A stretch of DNA of 64,000 bases from Eledone cirrhosa (lineage: Eukaryota), in the NCBI GenBank assembly GCA_964016885.1, contig OZ024756.1:36332001-36396000 (forward strand), given 5' to 3'. The notes below the pieces were generated by a model. It was not told the DNA's origin. It ran no database searches and worked only from the letters and a program-made list of their open reading frames with translations. The translations under genes and the position numbers were made by a program. Below, piece by piece: positions 14,339 to 26,814 of this stretch. The stretch's first letter is position 1. Every line of letters begins with the position of its first letter.

Positions 14339-14529
14339 GCCATCAAGTCAGGATTTAACCAAGTTACCAGCAGCTTCAACAGCTTACAACTGCTATTTTG
14401 ATTGTGGTATTTCAAATATTGCCGCATTGACCATTAGTATAACTGTCTTGCTATCGTTGGTCATGTTAGTCCTTTGTTGGATCTGTCCACGCTATATGAA
14501 ATACAGAAGCCGTAAGAAGGCCGTACAGA
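14339..14529 (+). CDS. Shisa-like protein, transmembrane exon
   Basis: Acceptor tgttgcAG|14339, donor A|GTGAGT after 14529. Phase 2 matches the previous exon. Encodes PSSQDLTKLPAASTAYNCYFDCGISNIAALTISITVLLSLVMLVLCWICPRYMKYRSRKKAVQ: a hydrophobic helix, juxtamembrane Cys and a basic stop-transfer stretch. Confidence 0.88.
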
Positions 14530-14610
14530 GTGAGTTTCTAACTCTATCTTATGTTAAAACTGTTGTATGTTTCGTGCAAAACATCGCCCCCTCACAGAGA
14601 GAGAGATAGA

Positions 14611-14641
<31 letters not shown>

Positions 14642-14689
14642 TGTGTATATGAGAGAGGGGGAAATACTTTTACTAACATTGTTTTTCAT

Positions 14690-15480
14690 CTTCGCCCACT
14701 GATGCCTGAGAGGGTCGTAGCGGCAGAGTCCTCAAACACTCCTCTCAGTGGGTCCTGTCAGATCAACCATCTCCAACTGATCCGACTGGATTCTCAAGCG
14801 AGACCAGCCAAGCTCATGGATGTTATCCAACCATCTTGCTCCGGGTCTACCCTTGGGTCTCCTGCCGGTTGGTTTTTTGCCCGTAAAATATGTCAAGCGA
14901 TTCTTTCCTGAGACATTCTAACCACAAATCCCATAGTATCGGAGCTGAGATCTCTCAATTCGGAGAAGTGGAGGCTCTACCTGGAATGACTCTCAGATCT
15001 CTCAATTCGGAGAAGTGGAGGCTCTACCTGGAGTGACTCTCTCATCTCTCAATTCGGAGAAGTGGAGGCTCTACCTGGAGTGACTCTCTCATCTCTCAAT
15101 TCGGAGAAGTGGAGGCTCTACCTGGAGTGACTCTCTCATCTCTCAATTCGGAGAAGTGGAGGCTCTACCTGGAGTGACTCTCTCATCTCTCAATTCGGAG
15201 AAGTGGAGGCTCTACCTGGAATGACTCTCAGATCTCTCAATTCGGAGAAGTGGAGGCTCTACCTGGAGTGACTCTCTCATCTCTCAATTCGGAGAAGTGG
15301 AGGCTCTACCTGGAGTGACTCTCTCATCTCTCAATTCGGAGAAGTGGAGGCTCTACCTGGAGTGACTCTCTCATTTCTCAATTCGGAGAAGTGGAGGCTC
15401 TACCTGGAGTGACTCTCTCATCTCTCAATTCGGAGAAGTGGAGGCTCTACCTGGAGTGACTCTCTCATCTCCGAGCTACG
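14690..15480 (-). mobile_element. RTE-clade LINE 3' fragment with an internal 47-bp x 11 minisatellite
   Basis: The - strand reads RRPKGRPGARWLDNIHELGWSRLRI. Tandem unit atctctcaattcggagaagtggaggctctacctggagtgactctctc spans 14950-15466. Confidence 0.75.
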
Positions 15481-15752
15481 CACTTTATTGTCCATCTTCA
15501 AGTAAAATATTCTATTGTGGTAGTTTCAATCATTTGCTAAATTTATCCAATATATTTTGTTGGATTGTATATATGTAATTAAGTACTGTATACATCATTT
15601 GTGTGTATATACAACTTATAAATAAAACATTTAAAATGTCGTTTTGATCTTTAATACTTGTGATTTCTTTCTAATTGTTATTATTATTATTAATACATAA
15701 ATAAATAAATAAATAAATAAAGAAATCATTATTATTATTATTACATTTACAG

Positions 15753-15923
15753 AAGTCACAGATAGCCTTGGATTCCCTCGGACACTTGTGGCTAACACCA
15801 GTGGAATGACATTAATCTACCAACTTCAACCAATGACCTCCACTATGGTCGGTCAAGTTGACCTGCAACAACCAATAATGATGGATGCGAACCAAAATTT
15901 CGGCCGAGGTCAAATGTTTGCAC
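15753..15923 (+). CDS. Shisa-like protein, cytoplasmic exon
   Basis: Acceptor tttacAG|15753, donor C|GTAAGT after 15923, phase 1-1, 171 nt open: KVTDSLGFPRTLVANTSGMTLIYQLQPMTSTMVGQVDLQQPIMMDANQNFGRGQMFA. Confidence 0.82.
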
Positions 15924-15950
15924 GTAAGTTGACCGTATTATTAACTTTGA

Positions 15951-16300
15951 GGGCGGTGTATTGGCAGTATCGGTAGAGGGTCAGACGCCATGCTTTGCAG
16001 CAAAGAGTTACGGCCCTTTATGGTCTGAGTTCAAATCCCGCCGAGGTTAACTTTGCCTTTCATCCTTACGAGGTGGATAAAATAAAGTACCAGTAATACA
16101 CTGGAGTAATTGCTGGCCGTGTGCCAAAAGTAGAAACAATTATTAACTTTGCCTTTCCAACATAGTTACGTCCCTTTACGGTCTGAGCTCAAATCCTGCC
16201 GAGGTTAACTTTGCCTTTCATCCTTACGGGGTCGATAAAATAAAGTACCAGTAATATACTGGGGTAATTGCTGGCCTTGTGCCAAAAACAGAAATAATTA
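15951..16300 (+). mobile_element. Two tandem tRNA-derived SINE copies just after the 15923 donor
   Basis: Full copy at 15951-16143 and a 5'-truncated copy at about 16163-16300. Confidence 0.85.
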
Positions 16301-16455
16301 TTATTTGATAAAACCCGATAAAATGACACAATGATATCCTTACATCACTCATATCTGACCCTGCAACACCAATAACTCACGCTAAGGGACCTCTGACAAC
16401 ATAATTCTGCTCCGGTTACAACAAACAGTCTGTCAGCCTTCCTCAACTCCATTTT

Positions 16456-16489
<34 letters not shown>

Positions 16490-17024
16490 CTAATGGATGG
16501 ACGCTGAATTGACAAAGTCGTTAGAATGTCGGATACAATGCTTTGATGTAATCTTTCTAATTCTTTGCACTCTCTGAGTTCAAATCTTGCCGTAGTCAAC
16601 TTTGCCTGTCATCCTTTTGAGGTCGATAAATAAAGTAAAAGGTCCATACTGAGGTCGATTCTTCCTCTAGACCCCTTTCTCTCTTCCCCCTCTCTCCCCG
16701 CCCTCTTCTCTTGAAGAAATAGGCTGTGCTCAAATTTGGAGAGGGATGGGCTCCGCCAGGTTTAAAATGCCCAGGTTACGCCGTATGTCATTACAGCGGC
16801 CCTTAATGAAAATTTATGACACTCGTTCCTTTGTAAAAAAAACATAAACAAAGCCTCGTTAGAAAGGGTGGGACAAATTGAGGAATGATGAAGGGAAAGT
16901 ATAGAGAAAGAGAAAGAGAGAGAGTGAGTGACAGATTAAGAGAGAGAGAGAGAGAGAGAGAGAGTGTGTGAGTGAGTGACAGATTAAGAGAATGAGAAAG
17001 GCAGACAGAGGGAGGGAGAGAAAG

Positions 17025-17062
<38 letters not shown>

Positions 17063-17610
17063 GCGGGCTGGGGGAGGGAGATAGAGATAGACAGAGAAAG
17101 GGAAGTTGGTAATGAAAGGATAAAAATGGGGGTAGGATGTCTCAAGAAATTAATGTTCTCTTCTGATACCCAATACTTCTTCACTCAAAAATATAGTTGG
17201 AGACATAATAAAACATATTACAATGAGATAAATATTTAGCACTTACTTGGCTGACAACTTTCAACTGTTTCATCTGCTGTAAGATCAAATTCTATATTAA
17301 TCTTATAAATCTTTATATTTCTTAGAAAATAACTATGTAAACATCCATACATTCCTATAGGACATTGGGGTATAAAAAAATGAGCACTTGTTAGCGCAAA
17401 TGAACCGTAGTTTCTCACGGGCAAACACGACAATAATGGTTTCTGATTTAGGCACAAGGCCAGCAATTTGGGAGTATGGGAAAGTCGATTAAATCGACCC
17501 CAGTACGTAACTGGTGCTTTATTCTATCAACCGCGTAAGGATGGAAGGCAAAGTTAACCTCGGCGGGATTTGAACTCAGACAATAATGTTGGAATATTTG
17601 ATACACATAT

Positions 17611-17765
17611 GGCATGGTTATGTGGTTAAGGAGTTCGCTTCACAACCAGCCAGTTTCGGGTTTTGTGTTTCGGGTTCGCTCTTACGACTTGGACCCTTGG
17701 GCAAGTGTCTTTTAGTGTAAGCCTTGGGTTTACCAATGCCTTCTAAGTGTAAAAATTTGTAGAAT
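17611..17765 (+). mobile_element. Second SINE family (tRNA head plus CORE-like ccttgggcaagtgtctt)
   Basis: tggttatgtggttaag A box, gggttcg B-box remnant and CORE-like motif. A SINE 3' part that may belong to this family (gttggtgttaggaagggcatccagctgtagaaa...ggacgtaaaa) lies at 20535-20690. Confidence 0.55.
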
Positions 17766-17805
17766 TCCGTCATATACATATATATATATACACATATATA
17801 TATAT

Positions 17806-17891
<86 letters not shown>

Positions 17892-17892
17892 C

Positions 17893-17947
17893 AGGGCTTC
17901 CTGATGATTTCTCCCGAATGAAACAGTTCTAGTCCTGTAGAAGCCTT
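17893..17947 (+). ncRNA. Type I hammerhead ribozyme (family B), intronic, sense to the Shisa-like gene
   Basis: ggcttc CTGATGA (17901-17907) t-ttc-tccc-gaa-t GAAA CAG-ttctagtc-CTG TA|gaagcc. All three stems pair. Confidence 0.8.
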
Positions 17948-18059
17948 TTCCATAATAGACGGGACAACACACACAGATGTAAAAACACAGTCGCATTAGT
18001 TTCATGCTTAGAAAGAAGTAATATATATATATATATATTATATGTATATATACACATAA

Positions 18060-18092
<33 letters not shown>

Positions 18093-18221
18093 CACACACA
18101 CATATATATATACACACACACACACACTCATGCAAGAGTTGAAGAAGTATTTATTTCTAAATTTCATTTTGTTAAAATGTTGTGTATCAAGATCTTTTTC
18201 TTCTCCATACCCGCAATGCAC

Positions 18222-18256
<35 letters not shown>

Positions 18257-19103
18257 GCTCTTTCCTCCACTTTACCTCCTTCACTCTCTCTACTCCTCCC
18301 TATCTCTCTCCCCCCACCCCCGCCCCGCTACCCTGTTCCCCCATCTCTCTCTCTGTCTTTCTGATTAATAGATGTTTGTAGTTTCCTCCTGTCCTCAGTG
18401 AACTAGAAAGATTTGGGGAGTAAAAAGTGACTGTATCCTACCATAAGAGACGGACCCTTACCATTGATGTCTGCTACCGATTTCTTGATAAGAACATCCC
18501 GGCAACACTTTACCATATCCAACACTATCTTCTGTCTGTCTTTAGAGTCGCTCATCAAATGATAGCTAAATATTTTCATAGTTTTCAGAGAGATATTTTT
18601 TTGTTGACTTTGCTGTTGTTGTTGTTGCCACGAACTGTTGTTGTTGTTGTTGTTGTTGCCACGAACTGTTGTTGGTGTTGATACTACTGTTGTTGTTGTT
18701 GTTGTTGTTGTTGTTACTACTGTTGTTGTTGTTGCCACTACTGTTGTTGATACTATTGTTGTTGTTGTTGTTGTTGTTGCCACTACTGTTGTTGTTGTTG
18801 ATACTACTGTTGTTGTTTTTGATACTACTGATGTTGTTGTTGTTGTTGTTGTCGATACTACTGTTGCTGTTGTCGTTGTTGTTGTTGATACTACTGTTGT
18901 TGTTGTTGTTGATACTACTGTTGCTGTTGATACTACTGTTGCTGCTGTTGTTGTTGTTATTGTCACTGTTACTTGTGTTGTTGTTGTTGATATTACTGTT
19001 GTTGTTGTTGTTGTTGCCACTACTGTTGTTATAGTTGTTGTTGATACTACTGTTGTTGTTGTTGTTTGTTGCTTCTGCTGCTTGTGTTGTTGTCGTTGCA
19101 GTG

Positions 19104-19135
<32 letters not shown>

Positions 19136-19788
19136 TGTTTTAAGTATATATTTCTTTGTTTTCCATGAGAAACTTTAAGAAAATTTGCCAGAAAATATAG
19201 CAACAGAAAAATTATCCCATCATCACCATCATCATCACCATCACCATCATCATCATTATCATCATCGCCATCATTATCATTTAACGTCCGTTTGACCTAC
19301 CTGCAGGCCAATGACCCACCTACCTTTTTCCCTCAAAACCATAGACGCATGACCAATAATTTACCTGACCAATGGTCCATTTGCCCGCCCTCACGCCCTT
19401 TAGTCCAGCCAGGTTATATGTAAGGAACCAGTATTATTTAGCACCAGAGGCGGTGGATTGGCAGTATCGGTAGAGGGTCTGACGCCATACTTTGCTGCAA
19501 AGAGTTACGGCCATTTATGGTCTGAGTTCAAATCCCGCCGAGGTTAACTTTATTTTATTGACCCCGTAAGGATGAAAGGCAAAGTACCAGTAATACACTG
19601 GGTAATTGCTGGCCTTGTGCCAAAAGTAGAAATAATTCTTAAAAGTTTCCAGTCTAGTTGGATATGCACAACCCCCAGTAAAGATGATACAGTTATAATT
19701 GCTGGCCTTGTGCCAAAAGTAGAAACAATTATTTAACACCAGAAACTGTATTATTTTTAATGCTACAAAAATATTTTCCTCTCTTCAG

Positions 19789-19870
19789 AAAGCGACACTC
19801 CTGTCTATCAAGTTGGTGAAATGGATAATTTCAAGCAGAAGAAATGGAAATTTGGTTTGAAGAAAAACAG
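19789..19870 (+). CDS. Shisa-like protein, short cytoplasmic exon
   Basis: Polypyrimidine tract ttttcctctcttcAG|19789, donor AG|GTAAAG after 19870. Phase 1 in and phase 2 out bridge the neighbouring exons: QSDTPVYQVGEMDNFKQKKWKFGLKKN. Confidence 0.8.
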
Positions 19871-20696
19871 GTAAAGATTATCTCAATTTATCTTTATCGG
19901 GTTCCTGTGTCTGTTATCCTTTTGGAGCACTCCCCTCCGTTGCTGATTAAGTTACCTAGATAGCAGAAGCTATCAAACACTTCTATGGGTTCTTCGTGTG
20001 CTTGGCAAAGATTTATATCACTGGTGCTCTTTCCCTCGATTACCCCTGTGCTTCTTTTACATAGAAAATCTTACCTTTCTGTTAGTCTACCCATTATCCC
20101 ACTACATCTCTTGTGTATCCAAGATTTACATCGTATGAAGTTTATGCCTACTCCCTTTCTACGTATTGAGCGGGGTCACTTCCTTGAAGGAATCAGGGTC
20201 TTATCTTTTTTAGTTTTGGCTAAGTTTACTCTCAGACCTTTTGATTCCAAAATCTGTTTCCATAGTCGGAACTTATTTTCTAGTTCTTTAATGGATTCAT
20301 TTGTATATAATGATAAAAGTGTAATGGTTAGATACTCATAATTAATTTTATTACGTAAATCACTGTAATAAGTATTTCTGAAGCGTTAATGATTACATAA
20401 TGTTGCCACCACGCAACCACCAACACGACTTACTCAAACAGCATCTTAGATGATATATTTTTAATGCAATACAGGCTATTGATAAGGGGAAGGACTTAAA
20501 TTCGATGTTATATATATATATATTTATACTCATTGAGAATGAGGTTGGTGTTAGGAAGGGCATCCAGCTGTAGAAATCAGTTCCCGTATAAGCAAGACAA
20601 GGTCACCCGACCTAACATTGCCCACAACAGGACAACCCGTCTAACCCATGGTAGCGTGGAAGAATGGACGTAAAACGGTGATGATGATGATGATAT

Positions 20697-20731
<35 letters not shown>

Positions 20732-20915
20732 CAAGAAACGAAGCGAGCTGTGTGGTTACTGTAAACAAGGTTTAAGATAGTGATATGGACGAAACAAGAG
20801 AAGGGCTCCTTCATCAGCTGTTAACCGCAGATCGTAGATGTTTCGGCGGTCATATCGTATATCATGACATATATATTTTGTTTTTTTATAACTTTCTTTC
20901 TTTCTCTCCCAACAG

Positions 20916-21120
20916 CAAAGTTCCATCGGAGGTTTTGACCAACTTCCGCATTATGCCAGCATTGTGTAGCAGCAAGGAACAGAATTTCTTCGGCCTTCAG
21001 CGTCCTCTCACTTTGAGTACATCTCGGACTCCGTTGCTCCAGTCTGGCTCACAGAGGGCATCAACCTGCAGCTCTTACCTAGACCTACAAGACAAGGATT
21101 CCGACACTTACTCAATCTGA
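20916..21120 (+). CDS. Shisa-like protein, terminal coding exon
   Basis: Strong pyrimidine tract ...ctctcccaacAG|20916, phase 2. Encodes SKVPSEVLTNFRIMPALCSSKEQNFFGLQRPLTLSTSRTPLLQSGSQRASTCSSYLDLQDKDSDTYSI, then TGA at 21118-21120. Confidence 0.82.
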
Positions 21121-21529
21121 AAAATGACAGAAAGGAAAACATAAAAAAAGCATGTTTAGTAATGATGATGACGATGATGACGATGATGATGATGATGATG
21201 ATGACGATGATGATGATGACGATGATGATCTGCGACTAAAGATCCACTAACCATCCTTTCTTCTTCTTTTCTATCTACTTTCCTACCTTCCTTCATCAGG
21301 AGTTCAGAAGACGCATGACAAAACAAGACCAGAAATACACATACACATACATAAACACACACACGCACAAATACATGCATACACACACACATATATATAT
21401 ATATACACACACAAACATATATTAATATATATACACATATATATTAATATATATATTATATATATATAATATATATTATATATATATACATATATTATAT
21501 ATATATATATAATATATATATATATATAT

Positions 21530-21572
<43 letters not shown>

Positions 21573-21594
21573 ATATATATTATATATATATATT

Positions 21595-21630
<36 letters not shown>

Positions 21631-21656
21631 ATTTATATATATTATATATATATATT

Positions 21657-21688
<32 letters not shown>

Positions 21689-21689
21689 A

Positions 21690-21735
<46 letters not shown>

Positions 21736-21770
21736 ACACATATATATTATATATATATACACATATATAT

Positions 21771-21802
<32 letters not shown>

Positions 21803-21807
21803 ACACA

Positions 21808-21852
<45 letters not shown>

Positions 21853-21925
21853 TATTATATATATATATATTATATATATATACACATATATATTATATAT
21901 ATATATATTATATATATATATACAC

Positions 21926-21956
<31 letters not shown>

Positions 21957-21958
21957 AT

Positions 21959-22001
<43 letters not shown>

Positions 22002-22281
22002 ACACATATATATTATATATATATACACATATATATTATATATATATATATATTATATATATATATATACACATATATATTATATATATATATATATTAT
22101 ATATATATATACACATATATATTATATATATATATATATACACAAACAACACATATTCAGGAGCAGCCATTAAAAAAAAAACCTATACAAAACAAAACAG
22201 CGAACCAATTCTCTGTGTCTTCCAGTATTTTTATCATTATATTATATTATATTGCTTTAATGTTTGCCAAATTAAAAAATG

Positions 22282-22420
22282 AATAAATAAACAATACATA
22301 GCCCCCTCCCCCCATAAAAACAAACAAATAAACAAAAAAAAAAAACTACAAATCATGAATAAATTAACTCATGGACTTATATATATATAAAACAAAAAAA
22401 AGAAGAATCATCTGAATAAA
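22282..22420 (+). terminator. Candidate polyadenylation signals of the Shisa-like gene
   Basis: AATAAA at 22282 and 22415, about 1.2-1.3 kb after the stop codon. AT-rich context weakens this. Confidence 0.25.
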
Positions 22421-22622
22421 AGAAGCCGAACGTCAGATGGGACCAACGGAAACTATGTTTCCATTGGTCTTTCCATTGATGATATAATCTGCAGGTTATA
22501 ACTCCTGGCAGACATTGAAAAACTTTGACTGAGAATTCAATATAATTTTGTATAACACAGTTTATTTAGGGTTAAGTAAGTTGTGCTAGTGGAAGAATTG
22601 TGGATCTGCTGTAGTATATATG

Positions 22623-22691
<69 letters not shown>

Positions 22692-22953
22692 TATATATAT
22701 ATTATAAAGAAAACGAAAAATCAGTGATGCATCTGGAGTTAGTTTATTTCGTGTTACAAATGTTTCGCCGGCATGTAGCTCGAGTCATGGTCCTTGTATG
22801 GATCTGGCTGATTCTACTTCTGCGGGTTCTTTCAGACACGGCTGTTATGTCCGGAGCAAATTTTATCTTTATAATATCTACACTCTACTCTGATGAATAT
22901 CGAGTGCTAATTTTGGCATACCGCCTACGGAAGCACCATAGCTACCACTATAC

Positions 22954-22988
<35 letters not shown>

Positions 22989-23263
22989 TATGTCTACGTA
23001 CATACATATATGTGTACAGACGTACAGTAGTATGTATATACATACATACATGCACACATATATATATGTACATATATATATATATGTGCATATATACATA
23101 CATGCACACATATATATATGTACATATATATATATGTGTGCATGTATGTATATATGCACATACTACTGTACGTCTGTACACATATATGTATGTACGTATA
23201 CATACTTATATTTAGGTATCAGCCGTACTAAGAGTGAGAAATGAAATTTCGTTTCATTCTTTT

Positions 23264-23334
<71 letters not shown>

Positions 23335-23364
23335 AAGTAGAAAGGTAACACATGAGTTGATATG

Positions 23365-23710
23365 TATATAAAAATAAGTAGTAGAAAGGTAAAAGGTTAT
23401 TTTTCCCGTAGAAAATGTTGAAGAGTTATTTTTAGTCAAATTTGAAAGCATTAATGTACTGGGTAATTGGTGGCCTTGTGCCAAAAGTAGAAACAATTTA
23501 TTTACAAAACCGGTTTCAGTATTAAATGCATTGTCAATTGCGGATATGCAGTATATTGTTAAGTTACATATTTGTACAAGTAGTGAAGGTAATGAATGCT
23601 GAAACCGGTATTGTAAATAAATTAATGCTTTCAAATTTCACTAAAAATATCTCTTCAACATTTTCTACAGGAAAAATAACCATTTTCCTTTCTACTATTT
23701 GTTTTTATAT
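23365..23710. mobile_element. Old fold-back element with a decayed HHR; SINE tail inserted in the left arm
   Basis: Diverged inverted arms at about 23365-23525 and 23592-23710. tacaa-gtagtga-...GAAA CCGG TA|ttgta at 23575-23615. SINE 3' end at about 23456-23497. Confidence 0.55.
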
Positions 23711-23796
23711 ATATATATGTGTGTGTGTGTGTGTTAAATATTTCCGAAGAAAAAGTAAAGGAAAAAAGAGCGCTCTATGTATAGAACAGAGCTATT

Positions 23797-23924
23797 TAAT
23801 TAGAAACTGAACAACACAAAATATAACTACTCCATCTGATGAGTGAACTAGACGCATGTTAATATTGTCTAGGATCCTGAAACCTTTGGTAATGGAGTAG
23901 TTATATATTGTGTTGTTCACTTTC

Positions 23925-23930
<6 letters not shown>
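23797..23930 (+). ncRNA. Type I hammerhead ribozyme inside a 39-bp inverted repeat (separate family)
   Basis: ...actactccat CTGATGA (23836-23842) g..ctagac..gtctag..t GAAA CC-ttt-GG TA|atggagtagt... Arms 23797-23835 and 23892-23930 differ at two positions. Confidence 0.75.
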
Positions 23931-23964
<34 letters not shown>

Positions 23965-24244
23965 AACGTTAGAAGTGATTTAAAGAACAACAAATGTGTA
24001 TGATACAAGTCATGCTTTACATGTTTTCTTCATTATACACATTAATCTACTTTTAAATCATTTCAAAATTTAATATTATCACAATGCTTTAAAGAATTGC
24101 CTTACAACCTATCCATATATATACATGTGTGTATATGTGTATATAACTATATATATATTATAATTTTATATATATATATACATGTGCATATATACAAATA
24201 TATGTATATATGTGCACACACACACACACACATACATATATATA

Positions 24245-24393
24245 GGAAAAAATATGACCCCGACGGCTCCGTCGAAACGGCTTGAGCTCTGCCGTCGGGG
24301 TCATACTTTTTCCTATTACCCACTCTACTACCCTAAGTATTGAGTTCTCTGGTGCGTTATGGTCCACCTGGTTCCTTACCATATCTCCTTCGT
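24245..24393 (+). mobile_element. Family A fold-back insert
   Basis: tatgaccccgacggc...GAAAcggcttgagctctgccgTCggggtcata plus the family A tail. Confidence 0.75.
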
Positions 24394-24418
24394 TATATAT
24401 ATATATATATATATATAT

Positions 24419-24634
24419 AGATGAGATTCTACAGGACTAGAACTGTTTCATTCTTTAGAAATCATCAGGAATCATCAAGGATGAATTTAGAAATCATCAG
24501 GGATTCCTGATGATTTCTAAAGAATGAAACAGTTCTAGTCCTGTAGAATCTCATCTATATTAAAACTTTTATACTCTGCTATGTATTGAGTACCTTACTT
24601 ACTGTGGTTACCTCCGATTCAACCCGGAATAACG
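24419..24634 (+). mobile_element. Family B Penelope-like insert with inverted duplication and complete HHRs on both strands
   Basis: gattcCTGATGAtttctaaagaatGAAAcagttctagtcctgTAgaatc at 24502-24550, with its reverse complement at 24425-24473. Family tail ...tatgtattgagtaccttacttactgtggttacc... follows. (TA)n on both sides. Confidence 0.8.
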
Positions 24635-24683
24635 TATATATATATATATATATATATATCAACATGTGCATAGATACAAATGT

Positions 24684-24723
<40 letters not shown>

Positions 24724-24819
24724 GTATCTGTACACATGTGCATACATACAAATATTTATATATATATATATACACATGTGCATACATACAAATAATATAT
24801 ATATATATACATATATACG

Positions 24820-24860
<41 letters not shown>

Positions 24861-25187
24861 GTATGTATATATCGTACATACTTTTTCATCACCTATTTCA
24901 TAGATTGTCATGTTAGAAATGAGTCACAAGTTTGTTATATAAGATGGAGTCTTGCATGGTATCCATTGTATTTCTTTGTGTAGAAACTCAGGGAGACATG
25001 ACAAAAGTATATATATCTTAAGCTGCAAATATATGTGTGTGTGTGTATGTTTGTGTATGTTTGTGTGTATCTGTTAAAGTTTATACTGTAAATATAACTC
25101 TGTATTAATAGGGACAATGTATATGTGTATGTATGTGTGTGTGTATATATGTGTCTATGTGTATGTATGTATATATACATACATATA

Positions 25188-25234
<47 letters not shown>

Positions 25235-25300
25235 GTGTATACATACATATATATGTATACATAAATATATATATACATATATATGTATGTACATATGTAT

Positions 25301-25363
<63 letters not shown>

Positions 25364-26685
25364 TATGTATACGTACATGTATATATATGTACATATGTAT
25401 ATATAAATTTATGTATATATACATATGTATACATACATATATATATATATGTGTGTATACATATGTATACATACATATATATATATATATATGTACATAT
25501 ATGCATATATATACTTACATATATATCTATATATAAATATATGTGGGTATATATATATGCCTGTATATATGCATATATGTATATATGTGTGTGTATATAA
25601 TCAATTATCTATCTCTCTATATATATATAAACACATTCACACACATATATACCCCCCCTACATATATATATATATACGATGTAAATTCAGGGATAATTCA
25701 TCAGTTACTGTCATAATTATTTTAAATCTAACCCTTTCGTTACATTATTTCTAATGAAAGACAGTGCCTATAATTTTGAAAATAATGAAGACTCTTTGAG
25801 TTGTTTAGAAATATGATTAAATTTCTCATTATTATGCTGTGCTCGGAGCATAACTTAACGAATGTTTACACAAGAAATTATGATGGAAGGTTTTTAGATA
25901 GATATAAACACTTTCATCTTTTCATTACCATAATTTTGGAAGACATTTCTTGTGATTTTCAAGTAATTTTGAAAAATATTGAAGAATTTTGAGTGATTTA
26001 GCAATACAACTAACTTTCTCATTATTAAGCTGGTGTTTGGAGAATTCATTCACAAATGTTTTTATGATAGAAGTATTTTAGATAAATATATACACTTTAA
26101 AAATATACAGTCTTGTGTCATTGAGAAAGCGGCAGTTTCTGTCAGTTAAGTATCAAAAGGGCTAAACATTTCTTCTCTGACGAAGTTTTTCTGAAACACC
26201 GTATCACCGTGGCCATGCTTTAAGATTTGGAATAATAAATCTACTGATATAATGAATTTATGAAGACAGACAAATTATATATTTAAATAAATAAAACACC
26301 TACGAGATATTTCAAACGATAAAATATTTTTAGAAAACATACAAATATATACAAACTGATAGTTTTGGCCTATATGTCTGCCATAGGAAGTTCAATAGAG
26401 ATAAACATATATAAATGCTTACTACACAACAATAGCACAGACCTCGTTTAGAGAGAACATAAACAAAACTGAAAATAATCGCCTCAACCAGATTTTCCTC
26501 TTCCGGTTTCTGTTTTCATATCATTTCTCCAAATAAGATCAATGAGGAAATAGCTGTAAATAAAACACCCACTGTTTGGAACAAATAGTTATACATACAT
26601 ACATATATACATATATATACATACATATATACATATGTTATGTGTGTGTGTATATATATATATATATATGTATGTATATATAATA

Positions 26686-26814
26686 TAGAAATGGGTTCTA
26701 AAGGACTAGAACTGTTTCATTCGGAAGAAATCATCGGGAAGGCCTCTTCATCCTCTGCTATGTATTGAGTACCTTACTTACTCTGGTTACCCCCGATTGA
26801 ATCCGGGACAAACA
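26686..26814. mobile_element. Family B insert, degenerate inverted HHR plus tail
   Basis: aggactagaactgtttcattc...atcatcgg (antisense HHR with mutated core) joined to the ctctgctatgtattgagtaccttacttac tail. Confidence 0.65.

Noticed and set aside
15951-16045. tRNA genes suggested by A and B boxes
   Set aside because: No cloverleaf. The boxes are SINE heads that continue into the shared SINE body and tail.
18403-19203. Mucin-like Thr-rich ORF (also 38896-39612 and 4116-4547)
   Set aside because: Degenerate (GTT/ACA/ACC)n triplet repeats, open on both strands, with no credible exon boundaries.
20805-20850. Permuted HHR-like motif on the - strand (ccGAAAc...ctg-cggttaa-cag CTGATGAagg)
   Set aside because: Stem III and the NUH triplet do not fit the required geometry. 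Possibly a decayed element, not called.
22884-22950. CTGATGA in a TA-flanked insert
   Set aside because: The downstream motif is GGAA rather than GAAA and the stems do not pair convincingly.
26170-26215. CTGACGA...GAAAcaccGTA HHR-like motif
   Set aside because: No stem I complementarity and stem II is only 2 bp.
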